Shown here: positions 34,615 through 43,077 of the stretch, piece after piece
Position numbering within the stretch: the first letter of the stretch is position 1
Layout of the letters: each line of letters begins with the position of its first letter
Assembly: GCA_031296075.1 (NCBI GenBank)
Contig: JARLGK010000046.1
Coordinates: 13,274-77,273, forward strand
Direction of reading: 5' to 3'
DNA length: 64,000 nucleotides
Origin: Candidatus Acidiferrales bacterium
GTDB lineage: Bacteria; Acidobacteriota; Terriglobia; Acidiferrales; UBA7541
Position numbers and translations under genes: made by a program
The notes under the pieces: generated by a model
Seen by the model: the letters and a program-made list of their open reading frames with translations, nothing else
Told to the model about the DNA's origin: nothing
Databases searched by the model: none

Positions 34615-35904
34615 ATGACCGTCGTGCCGATGATCGCGGCCACCTATTTCATGGTGGCGGGCGGCCCGTACGGCCTGGAAGACATCGTTCAGAAAACAGG
34701 CTATCAGGCCACGCTGCTGATCCTGCTGATTACCCCCCTACTATGGAGCATCCCCACGGCGATGATGGTCAGCGAGCTCGCGACCTCCATTCCCGAAGAA
34801 GGGGGCTTTTATATCTGGGTGCGGCGCGGCATGGGGCGCTTCATGGGCTATCAGGAGACGTGGCTCACGATGGCCGGCAGCGTCTTCGAGATGGCGCTGT
34901 ACCCGAATTTGTTCGTGGCGTACATCGCGCGGTTCGCGCCAGAAATGGTGGCCGGCTACCGCGGGCTGGCGATCGGCTTCGCGATGATCGCCATGTGCGC
35001 CGCGTGGAACATCTTCGGCTCGCGCGCGGTGGCCGATGGCTCCGTCGTGTTGAACGTGGCTCTACTCGCACCGTTCGCGCTGTTGGTTGTCATCGCCATA
35101 TTCCACAGCCACTCGTACGCAGCCGGCGCCGTCCCGCTGCGTCACGCCGATCTTCTGGGCGGCATCCTGATCGCCATGTGGAATTACATGGGCTGGGACA
35201 ATCTCTCCACGATCGCGGGCGAAGTGGAGGCGCCGCAGCGTACCTATACGCGCGCGATGCTGGGCGCGGTCGTGCTGGTCGTTGTGGGCTACCTGCTGCC
35301 CGTGGCGGCGGTGGCTCACATCGGACTCGATCCGAATAGTTGGGCTACGGGAGGGTGGGTGGATGTTGGCCGCATCGTCGGCGGCCAGGCGCTGGCGTTC
35401 GCGATCACGCTCGCGGGAGTGCTGGGGGCGGTCGGATCGTTCGGAGCGCTGATGATGTCGTTCACGCGGCTACCCGTGGTGATGGCCGAGGACGGCTATC
35501 TTCCAAAAATTTTCGCCCGCAGGCACGCTCGCACAGGTGCACCGTGGGTGGCCGTGATCGCTTGCGCGCTATTCTGGGCGCTGTGCTACCCGCTCGGATT
35601 CGAGCGGAGCCTCATCCTCGATGTGTTGCTCACCGGGCTGAGTATTCTGCTGGAGTTCTGGGCGCTGGTCGCGCTGCGGATCCGCGAGCCGAATCTTGCG
35701 CGGCCGTACCGCGTACCGGGCGGCACGCTCGGGGCGATTCTAATCGGCCTGCCTCCCCTCGCGCTCATCGTTACCGCGCTAGTGCGCAATAGCAAGGAGT
35801 CCGTCGGCAGCACGAACGAACTCGTGATTGGCACCGCGGTAGTGGCCGCCGGCATCGCCATGTATTTTCTCACCCGCATCTTTCAGCGCAAGAAGGCAGC
35901 CTAA
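34615..35904 (+). CDS. APC-superfamily amino acid/polyamine permease
   Basis: MTVVPMIAATYFMVAGGPYGLEDIV.., 12-TM-type hydrophobic profile, ..RIREPNLARPYRVPGG.. cytoplasmic loop typical of APC permeases. The start could lie upstream (non-ATG), because the ORF is open from 34495. Confidence 0.8.
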   Translation: MTVVPMIAATYFMVAGGPYGLEDIVQKTGYQATLLILLITPLLWSIPTAMMVSELATSIPEEGGFYIWVRRGMGRFMGYQETWLTMAGSVFEMALYPNLFVAYIARFAPEMVAGYRGLAIGFAMIAMCAAWNIFGSRAVADGSVVLNVALLAPFALLVVIAIFHSHSYAAGAVPLRHADLLGGILIAMWNYMGWDNLSTIAGEVEAPQRTYTRAMLGAVVLVVVGYLLPVAAVAHIGLDPNSWATGGWVDVGRIVGGQALAFAITLAGVLGAVGSFGALMMSFTRLPVVMAEDGYLPKIFARRHARTGAPWVAVIACALFWALCYPLGFERSLILDVLLTGLSILLEFWALVALRIREPNLARPYRVPGGTLGAILIGLPPLALIVTALVRNSKESVGSTNELVIGTAVVAAGIAMYFLTRIFQRKKAA

Positions 35905-35920
35905 TCTCAAGGCACGCGGA

Positions 35921-36382
35921 ATGACCGAAGCCCGCCAAGCGGACGAAGTTTTCATGCTCGCGGCGCTCGAAGAGGCGCGAGCGGCGGCGGCGCGCGGCGA
36001 AGTGCCCGTGGGAGCCGTACTTGTGGCCGAAGACCGTGTCGTCGCTCGCGCCGGAAATCGCACCATCGCTGATTGCGATCCGACGGCGCACGCCGAAATC
36101 GTCACGCTGCGCGAGGCCGCGAAATCCATCGGAAACTATCGCTTGCTGGGCGCGACGCTCTACGTGACGATCGAGCCGTGCGCGATGTGCGCGGGAGCCA
36201 TGGTGCAGGCGCGGATCGGCCGGCTGGTTTACGGTGCGGATGACGCGAAGGGCGGCGCGGTGCGCTCCTGCTTCTCCATCCTCGATCACCCGCAGATTAA
36301 TCATCGCGTCGAGGTCACCAGCGGAATGTTGGCGGAGGAGGCCGCGGCGTTGCTTCAGAGTTTTTTTGCGGCAAGACGCTAA
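35921..36382 (+). CDS. tadA: tRNA adenosine(34) deaminase
   Basis: DEVFMLAALEEARAAAARGEVPVGAVLV.., HAEIVTLREA (H-A-E), TLYVTIEPCAMCAGAM (PC..C) zinc-deaminase motifs. 153 aa. Confidence 0.92.
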   Translation: MTEARQADEVFMLAALEEARAAAARGEVPVGAVLVAEDRVVARAGNRTIADCDPTAHAEIVTLREAAKSIGNYRLLGATLYVTIEPCAMCAGAMVQARIGRLVYGADDAKGGAVRSCFSILDHPQINHRVEVTSGMLAEEAAALLQSFFAARR

Positions 36383-36396
36383 GAAAGCCCGAATTC

Positions 36397-39300
36397 TCAC
36401 GTTGCACCATCATCGGAGGTTTCATCCTTGGGTGGCAGCCAGTAACTGGCGAGGATGGGTATCAGGAACAGGATGGCCAGCGGCGAAGTAATCATTCCGC
36501 CAACGACCACGCGGGCAAGCGGTTGCTGAGCCTGGACGCCTATGCCCGTCGAAACTGCCGCAGGAAGCAAGCCGAAGCACGCCGCGGCACACGCCATCAC
36601 GACTGGCCTCATCTCGGCCAGGGAGGCGAGTTCAATAGTCGCGCGCAGTGAATGGGAGCCGCTCTCCTTCCGGCGAATGCCGGAAACAAACACGACGCCG
36701 CCGAGCGTGCACACTCCAATCACCGACGCAAACCCAACCGCGGCAGAGATGCTGAAGGGCGTGTGAGTCAACAACAGCGACAGGATTCCTCCCAGCAGGC
36801 CGAATGGGAGAATCGCGAGAACCAGAAGAGCATGGCGAAGTGAGTTAAAAGCGGTGAATAGCAGGGCAAGAATGATCAGCAGTGTGATCGGGATGATGAC
36901 TGCGAGACGCCGCTGCTCCTTCTGTAGGCTATCGTACTCACCCGCCCATTCGAGGTGATAGCCTTCGGGAAGGTGGACCTTCTGGGCCAGACGGCTCTGC
37001 ACGTCCTGAATCGTTCCCGCAAGGTCGCGTCCACGAACGCTGAATTTTACCGGAATGTAGCGGCGTCCGTTTTCCCGAAAGATCATGAACGCCCCTTGTC
37101 GTAGTGAAACATCAGCCACCTGGCCAAGGGGAATGTTGTTACCCGCCGGCGTCGGAAGAAGAATGTTGCGGATGGCTTCTGCGGAAGTGCGGAATTGAGG
37201 CTGGTAGCGTATGACGAAATCAAAACGGCGATCGCCCTGCAGAATCTGGGTTGCCGGAAGGCCTCCGATGGCCGCCTGAACTGCCGCGTTGACGTCCGCG
37301 GACATCACACCGTATCGGGCACTCGCGCGGCGGTCGATGGAAACAATGAGTTCCGGCTGTCCCGACTCCTGAAAGACGCCCAAATCGGCCACGCCGGGAA
37401 CCGATGCCATAACATCCCGAATTTCACCGGCCTTTGCGACCAGGGTGTCAATATCGTCGCCAAACAGCTTCAGCGAATTCTCGCCTTTAACGCCCGACAT
37501 CGCTTCCTCGACGTTGTCCTGAATATTCTGCGAAAAATTGAAATCAATGCCGGGATACTTTTCGAGCTGCTGGTCCATCTGGTTGATGAGCTCGTCCTTG
37601 GTCAAGCCGCTTGGCCACTGATTCGGCGGCTTGAGCGACACCATGAATTCGACATTGTTGAAGGTCGTGACGTCCGTCCCATCGTCGGGCCGGCCCATTT
37701 GCGAGACTACTTGTGTGACGGCGGGAAAGCCGAGGAGAATTTCGCGTATTTCGTGGGCCATCTTGGCGCCCATTTCGTAGGAGGCATCTTGAGGCAGTGT
37801 CGCGCGGACCCACAGGTTCCCTTCCTCAAGCTTGGGCATGAACTCACCGCCCAGAAAGAGAAAGGCCACGATCAGGGTCGCCACGAGCGCGGATCCCGCA
37901 ATGGCGAGCACGGTCTTTCGATTCGACATGGTCCATCGGATGGCGCCCGCGTAGCGTTTGCTAAGCCAGCTAACCAGATGAGTATGGCGGCTGCGTATCT
38001 TTTCCGGGTTTATCCAGGAGGCGAGCACCGGCGCAAATAATACTGCGAACAGAAATGCGCCCACGAGCGCGAAACCGTAGGTTTCAGACATCGGCGCGAA
38101 AACTTTTCCGGGCACGCCTTCCATCGTGAAAAGGGGAATGAGCGCAACGATGATTACGAGCACCGAGAACGCGACCGGGCGGACGGCTTCCGCAGTCGCA
38201 TCGGCGATCAAATCGAATGTCTGGGCGCTGGAATAGGCCGATTGAAAGCGGCGGAAGATATTCTCGAGAACGATTACTGCTGCGTCAACGAGAATCCCGA
38301 AATCAATCGCCCCAATGGAAATCAGGTTCGCGGACCGGCGCGAGAACACCATCAGCGAGAACGCGAATAACAGCGAACACGGAATCGTGAGCGCGGCAAT
38401 CAGGGAAATGGGAATGTCGCCAAGAAAGACAATGAGAACCAGCGTCACCAGGATAAGACCAACGATCACGATGTCTCGAACCGTTGACGTCGTCACGTTG
38501 ATGAGGTCCCTGCGATTGTAGAGGGTTTCCAGCTTCATTCCGCGCGGCAGCAAACCGCCGTTCAGCTGGCTCACTTTCACATTCAGCTGGCGGAGCGCGG
38601 GAAGCGACTGCTCGCCCCGCTGAAGAAGGACGATTCCCTCGACGGCATCGTCATCGTGATTGACGCCCACCTGACCCAGCCGCGGCTGAGAACCCTCGTG
38701 GACGTCCGCGACGTCTCGCAAATAGACCGGCACTCCATTGCGCGTCGCGATGAGGACGTTCTGCATGTCCTCGACCGACTGCAACAGGCCCACCCCGCGA
38801 ATGTTGACACTCTGACTGCCCATGGTCAGGTAGTTGCCGCCCGCATTGGCATTGCTGGCGGCGACGGCGGCGATCACCTCCGGGAGCGTGACGTTGAGTT
38901 GCAACAGCTTGCGCGCATCCACGTCCGCAACATATTGGCGCGTGCTGCCGCCGAATCCGGCGACGTCAACGATGCCGGAAACTTGTTTGATCTCGCGCGT
39001 GACGAGCCAATCCTGGGTGGCTTTTAGCTCGTTGAGATTGTACGCGGGTCCGTAGAGACGATAGCGGTAGATCTCCCCAACGGGTGATTCCGGCGAGAGC
39101 TGCGGGCTCAAATTCGCGGGTAGCGAGACCAACTGCAGGCGGTTCAAGACTTCCTGGCGGTCCCAGAAGTATTCGCTGTCGTAGTCGAAATAGAGTTTCA
39201 CGTCACTCAGTCCGAAAATCGCGGCCGACCGCACGTACTCCAAGTGGGGAATGCCGAAGAGGACCGTCTCGATGGGGACCGTAACCTGACGCTCCATTTC

Positions 39301-39474
39301 CTCCGCCGACCAGGAAGGATTCTGGGTGATCACCTCGACAAGAGGCGGCGACGGGTCGGGATACGCCTCGATGTCGAGGCGCAGGAACATATAGATTCCG
39401 CCGGCGATCCAGGCGACCAGCAGGATAACCATCAGGGGACGATAACGGAGCAACGAAGCAATCAGGTTGCGCAT
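36397..39474 (-). CDS. Heavy-metal efflux RND transporter, CusA/CzcA family
   Basis: 1,025 aa. IEAYPDPSPPLVEVITQNPSWSAEEMERQVTVPIE N-terminus, AIDFGILVDAAVIVLENIFRR and LEWAGEYDSLQKEQRRL blocks are typical of the HME-RND family. Confidence 0.9.
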   Translation of the reverse strand: MRNLIASLLRYRPLMVILLVAWIAGGIYMFLRLDIEAYPDPSPPLVEVITQNPSWSAEEMERQVTVPIETVLFGIPHLEYVRSAAIFGLSDVKLYFDYDSEYFWDRQEVLNRLQLVSLPANLSPQLSPESPVGEIYRYRLYGPAYNLNELKATQDWLVTREIKQVSGIVDVAGFGGSTRQYVADVDARKLLQLNVTLPEVIAAVAASNANAGGNYLTMGSQSVNIRGVGLLQSVEDMQNVLIATRNGVPVYLRDVADVHEGSQPRLGQVGVNHDDDAVEGIVLLQRGEQSLPALRQLNVKVSQLNGGLLPRGMKLETLYNRRDLINVTTSTVRDIVIVGLILVTLVLIVFLGDIPISLIAALTIPCSLLFAFSLMVFSRRSANLISIGAIDFGILVDAAVIVLENIFRRFQSAYSSAQTFDLIADATAEAVRPVAFSVLVIIVALIPLFTMEGVPGKVFAPMSETYGFALVGAFLFAVLFAPVLASWINPEKIRSRHTHLVSWLSKRYAGAIRWTMSNRKTVLAIAGSALVATLIVAFLFLGGEFMPKLEEGNLWVRATLPQDASYEMGAKMAHEIREILLGFPAVTQVVSQMGRPDDGTDVTTFNNVEFMVSLKPPNQWPSGLTKDELINQMDQQLEKYPGIDFNFSQNIQDNVEEAMSGVKGENSLKLFGDDIDTLVAKAGEIRDVMASVPGVADLGVFQESGQPELIVSIDRRASARYGVMSADVNAAVQAAIGGLPATQILQGDRRFDFVIRYQPQFRTSAEAIRNILLPTPAGNNIPLGQVADVSLRQGAFMIFRENGRRYIPVKFSVRGRDLAGTIQDVQSRLAQKVHLPEGYHLEWAGEYDSLQKEQRRLAVIIPITLLIILALLFTAFNSLRHALLVLAILPFGLLGGILSLLLTHTPFSISAAVGFASVIGVCTLGGVVFVSGIRRKESGSHSLRATIELASLAEMRPVVMACAAACFGLLPAAVSTGIGVQAQQPLARVVVGGMITSPLAILFLIPILASYWLPPKDETSDDGAT

Positions 39475-39480
39475 CGCGGA

Positions 39481-40593
39481 TCAGTCCTGGCCTGCTGAAC
39501 GCAGGAGCAACGTGCCTTCCGAGACGATCGTTTCGCCTGCGTTCACACCGGAAAGAATTTCGATCGATCCATCGAGAGCGCGGCCGATCTTGACTGCGCG
39601 ACGTTCGAAACGGCCGTTTCCCTTCCCGACAAACACGTAGGCGTCGTTGCCTTCGCGAGTCACAGCGGGCGCGGGTACAAGAATTCCTTGCGCCGAAGAT
39701 CGCAAAATGCGGATCGCCCCAAACATGCCAGGTTTGATACGAGCGCTGTCGTTCGGCAGGACGACGCGGACTCGGAGAGTGCGCGTGGCCGGATCAACAG
39801 CGCCCGAAACCACGCTGACGCGACCGGCCCAGTGCTGGTTGGGATAAGCGTTGAGAGTGACCTGAGCTTCCTCGCCCGACTTCGCGGCGGAGAGATCTTG
39901 CTCGTAGATATCGCCGACGGCCCAGACGCTGGTGAGGTCCGCGATGGTCGCAAGCGGGGCCGGCGCGGAAAGCGCTTGCGAAAATTCTCCAGGCGCCGCC
40001 CCGATATCCAGGATGACTCCCGCGCGCGGCGCCTTCACCAGAAGCTGCGTCGAGGCGTGGTCGGGGTCCATGCCGAACACCTGCACTTGTTCGCGGGCGG
40101 CTTCGACCTCGGCCTGGGATTGCTGTGCGTCGCCCTGAGCCTGCTCATAGTCTCGTTCGGAAATCGCGTTATGCTCCAACAAGTCTTGAGCACGGACGAG
40201 CGCCTTCTGCTTCACCTGATGGTCGGCGAGGGCCCTGTGATAATCGGCGACGGCACGAGCGAGGTCGCTGCTCTCCAGCGTGGCCAGCGTCTGACTCTTT
40301 TCCACGCGGTCCCAGGGACGAACCTCCATCTCCACGATCCGGCCGCCGGCAGGGGCGAAGACGTGCACGACGCGTGTGGGGTCGGCTTCGATGTGCGCCG
40401 GCAGATCAATATATTCGGGAATCGTGCACGTGCGCGCAGCCTGCGTCTGAATACCCTTTGAGTCCGGAGCGACGAATTCGGCGCCGGGCGAAGCGGGATT
40501 TTGAGAATTCGAGGGCGTGTCATCCCTGGATTTGCCGGTACCGCATCCCACCAACGCTGCGGTCAGGCCCAAAACCAAAAGAACAGATTTCAT
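39481..40593 (-). CDS. RND efflux periplasmic adaptor (membrane fusion protein, CzcB/CusB-like) lipoprotein
   Basis: Lipobox MKSVLLVLGLTAALVGCG at ATG 40593. Hairpin/lipoyl/beta-barrel pattern ..VHVFAPAGGRIVEMEVRPWDRVEKSQTLATLES.. and ..VFVGKGNGRFERRAVKIGRALDGSIEILSGVNAGETIVSEG. Confidence 0.88.
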   Translation of the reverse strand: MKSVLLVLGLTAALVGCGTGKSRDDTPSNSQNPASPGAEFVAPDSKGIQTQAARTCTIPEYIDLPAHIEADPTRVVHVFAPAGGRIVEMEVRPWDRVEKSQTLATLESSDLARAVADYHRALADHQVKQKALVRAQDLLEHNAISERDYEQAQGDAQQSQAEVEAAREQVQVFGMDPDHASTQLLVKAPRAGVILDIGAAPGEFSQALSAPAPLATIADLTSVWAVGDIYEQDLSAAKSGEEAQVTLNAYPNQHWAGRVSVVSGAVDPATRTLRVRVVLPNDSARIKPGMFGAIRILRSSAQGILVPAPAVTREGNDAYVFVGKGNGRFERRAVKIGRALDGSIEILSGVNAGETIVSEGTLLLRSAGQD

Positions 40594-40723
40594 ACGACGA
40601 CTCCCTTGCGGCGCCATCCTACCCAGCGGAACCCAGCCGGAGATGGTTGAAACGGCCTCACGCGCGCAGATACGCGTCAAGATCGATCAACTCTCAAAAA
40701 ATTGGAATGGAGAACGTCTGGCG

Positions 40724-41149
40724 CTACAGGAATGAAACGGGCGGGGCTCGACTGGACGCGCGGTCACTTGGAAGGAATGATGCGCGGACTTGCGTGGCCA
40801 GGTCTAATTTACGCAGCGAACTCGAAGGGACGAAGAACGGAATGGGCGGCACGATTGCCCAGGACGATGCGTGCAATACCGTACCCAGCTGCGGCAGGGC
40901 GTGCGCGCTGACCGGGCAAATCGAATCGCGCTTGCTCGTCGAGCACTCCTCCAAAGCCACAATCTCGGAGTGCAGGTCGTCCGTCATGGAGACGGCGAAA
41001 AAAAGCAACACGAGCGCGAGGCTGACTGCGCTCCATTCTCGGAGAGAATGCCGGTGGGAGCGCCGGCGCTGGTGAACCCAACGTGTGCGCCAAGCCCACA
41101 GGACGCCGACGGCAATCAGCGCCCACAAAATATTGAGAAGCAATTCCAT
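40724..41149 (-). CDS. Hypothetical two-TM membrane protein upstream of the RND pair
   Basis: MELLLNILWALIAVGVLWAW..SAVSLALVLLFFAVSMTDDLH. Only a hydrophobicity and position argument. The C-terminal half looks low-complexity. Confidence 0.35.
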   Translation of the reverse strand: MELLLNILWALIAVGVLWAWRTRWVHQRRRSHRHSLREWSAVSLALVLLFFAVSMTDDLHSEIVALEECSTSKRDSICPVSAHALPQLGTVLHASSWAIVPPIPFFVPSSSLRKLDLATQVRASFLPSDRASSRAPPVSFL

Positions 41150-41340
41150 AGCGACCTATTACGACCACTGACCAAAATAAGGTACCACCGGTCATGACTT
41201 GCGACAACAGTTCAGCGCGCCACAGCGCGCCAGTTCCTTCGATGTGGAGGCAATTGGAGCCCCTTTTCGGGATCGTTACGAGCCCTTACGGGCTATCACC
41301 TGGCGGGGTTCGGCGCTCTCCCGGAATTCGAAAGAAAAAA

Positions 41341-41430
<90 letters not shown>

Positions 41431-41542
41431 GCGTCGTAGCTTAGCAAACGACCCGAGAGGTCACAACTCGCTTCGGATGACCGGTGATGGAGCGGCGGTC
41501 GCCGGGCGCGAGCGGTACCCCATTAGTGGTGTCCAGATTCTA

Positions 41543-41571
41543 TTGACACCGCAAGATCGGGCGCGTAAATT
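41543..41571 (+). promoter_or_regulatory. Sigma70-type promoter candidate (TTGACA-17 nt-TAAATT)
   Basis: TTGACA at 41543-41548, 17-nt spacer, TAAATT at 41566-41571. This lies 27 nt upstream of the GTG at 41598, which has GAGGAGG as RBS. Confidence 0.5.
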
Positions 41572-41597
41572 GGCGTTGTAGTTCTGAGGAGGCAACC

Positions 41598-42302
41598 GTG
41601 CGTTTCAATATTCTCGCTGGTGCCCGCTCCTGCCTGATCGCATTACTTGTCGTAGGCCTGCTCAACCTTCCCGTGCCCGTGATGGCTGCGAGTTCGAAAC
41701 CGCTGGGGATGGTGGTGGCCACAGAACATGCTCGCCTCGACAACGCCACTGCCGCGATCGGCGCCGATGTCTATTCCGGCGACGCTCTGGCGACCGATAT
41801 AGGCGGCTCGTTGCGCATGAAAGTGGGCCCGAGCCAGGTTTATCTTCTCTCCGCCAGCTCCGCGACGCTCGTAACTCGAGAGAATAGAGTCCAGGCGAAA
41901 GTCGAGCATGGAACGGTTGGCTTTTCGACGACGTATCCGGAACAGCTGGAGATCGGCACCCCGCTCGGCGTCATTCGCGGAGCAAATAGCCAGCGCGTTT
42001 TCGGTCAGGTGGCTGTTCTGAGCGCGACGAAGATGCAAATCAGCGCGTACGAAGGGACTCTTCTTGTCGTCGCCGCCAACGGCGAACAAAAGACCATCGA
42101 GCAAGGCCAGACATATGAAGCTACGCTCGCGGCTGATCCCGAGCCCGGTGGCGGTCAGAATCAGGCCGGCGTTGGCGGAACCGGTATCAACTGGAAGCAT
42201 GTTGCCTTCGTGGCGGGCGTTGCCGGGGCCCTGGGAGGGACAGCTCTCGCACTCTGGCTTGAGCAGTCCGAAAGCTGCTCCAATCCGCCTTGCAGTGACT
42301 AA
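41598..42302 (+). CDS. FecR-like domain protein with signal peptide and C-terminal membrane anchor
   Basis: GTG start. LIALLVVGLLNLPVPVMAAS signal. ATEHARLDNATAAIGADVYSGDALATDIGGSLRMKVGPSQVYLLSASSATL resembles a FecR sensor fold. C-terminal WKHVAFVAGVAGALGGTALALWL helix then CSNPPCSD. Confidence 0.65.
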   Translation: MRFNILAGARSCLIALLVVGLLNLPVPVMAASSKPLGMVVATEHARLDNATAAIGADVYSGDALATDIGGSLRMKVGPSQVYLLSASSATLVTRENRVQAKVEHGTVGFSTTYPEQLEIGTPLGVIRGANSQRVFGQVAVLSATKMQISAYEGTLLVVAANGEQKTIEQGQTYEATLAADPEPGGGQNQAGVGGTGINWKHVAFVAGVAGALGGTALALWLEQSESCSNPPCSD

Positions 42303-42376
42303 AGTTGGTACTCACGTAATCTTCTGAACCCGCGTCCTAACCTGTGTATCTTAGATTGTTGCTTTGGATGTGTCCT

Positions 42377-42961
42377 CTATTCGCGTGGTAATTTTCCGAC
42401 AAGGGGTAGAAATCTCGGGACCCGTTTGCAGTAGTCCACATACTCCGCCCCGAAACGAGCGCCCATCTCTTGCTCCTCAAAGGAAATAGCCACTAGCATC
42501 AGTACGAGCCACGCGGCGGCCACCATCCACATTGCGGGAGTCCCCGCGAGGAAACACGCGCCAAGAATTGCCAGGAACGACGCCGTATAGCGCGGATGGC
42601 GGATGCGCGAGTAAATTCCGCCGCGCTCGATCTCTCCGCCGCCGGAAAGCTCGGTCTTCCCCACCAGTCGCGCCGTCCCCAGGTCGCGATGGACGCGCCA
42701 GAAAATCCAGCCTTCAAAAACAATCAGCGCCAGCCCGATGGCCAGCGCGCCTGCGGGAGGCCAGTCGGAACGAAACAGCTTCCGGTGATACACGATCATC
42801 GCGACGGTCACCGGCAACCAGGAACACGAGAGGCCCACGACGTAAACAAGACGCGCATGGCGCCGCCAGAAATTCACCTGCGGATGCACGACGAACCAGT
42901 AGAGCGGGATCGGCAATTGCAGGAACAAAACAACCGCGGCGAGCCAGCCCGGCAGAGTCAC
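42377..42961 (-). CDS. Isoprenylcysteine carboxyl methyltransferase (ICMT)-family membrane methyltransferase
   Basis: Polytopic. GGIYSRIRHPRYTASFLAILGACFLAG and EEQEMGARFGAEYVDYCKRVPRF are the ICMT/PEMT-family signature region. GTG start. Confidence 0.78.
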   Translation of the reverse strand: MTLPGWLAAVVLFLQLPIPLYWFVVHPQVNFWRRHARLVYVVGLSCSWLPVTVAMIVYHRKLFRSDWPPAGALAIGLALIVFEGWIFWRVHRDLGTARLVGKTELSGGGEIERGGIYSRIRHPRYTASFLAILGACFLAGTPAMWMVAAAWLVLMLVAISFEEQEMGARFGAEYVDYCKRVPRFLPLVGKLPRE

Positions 42962-43077
42962 ACGCGCATTTTAGTTGAACCGGCGCGAGCACCACAATCT
43001 CTTTCGAGCCCGCGCACTTCTTTGCGTGCGACATCTCCCGCGAAAGGCGCGATGCAGCGCGCGCAAATTCCCTTCCC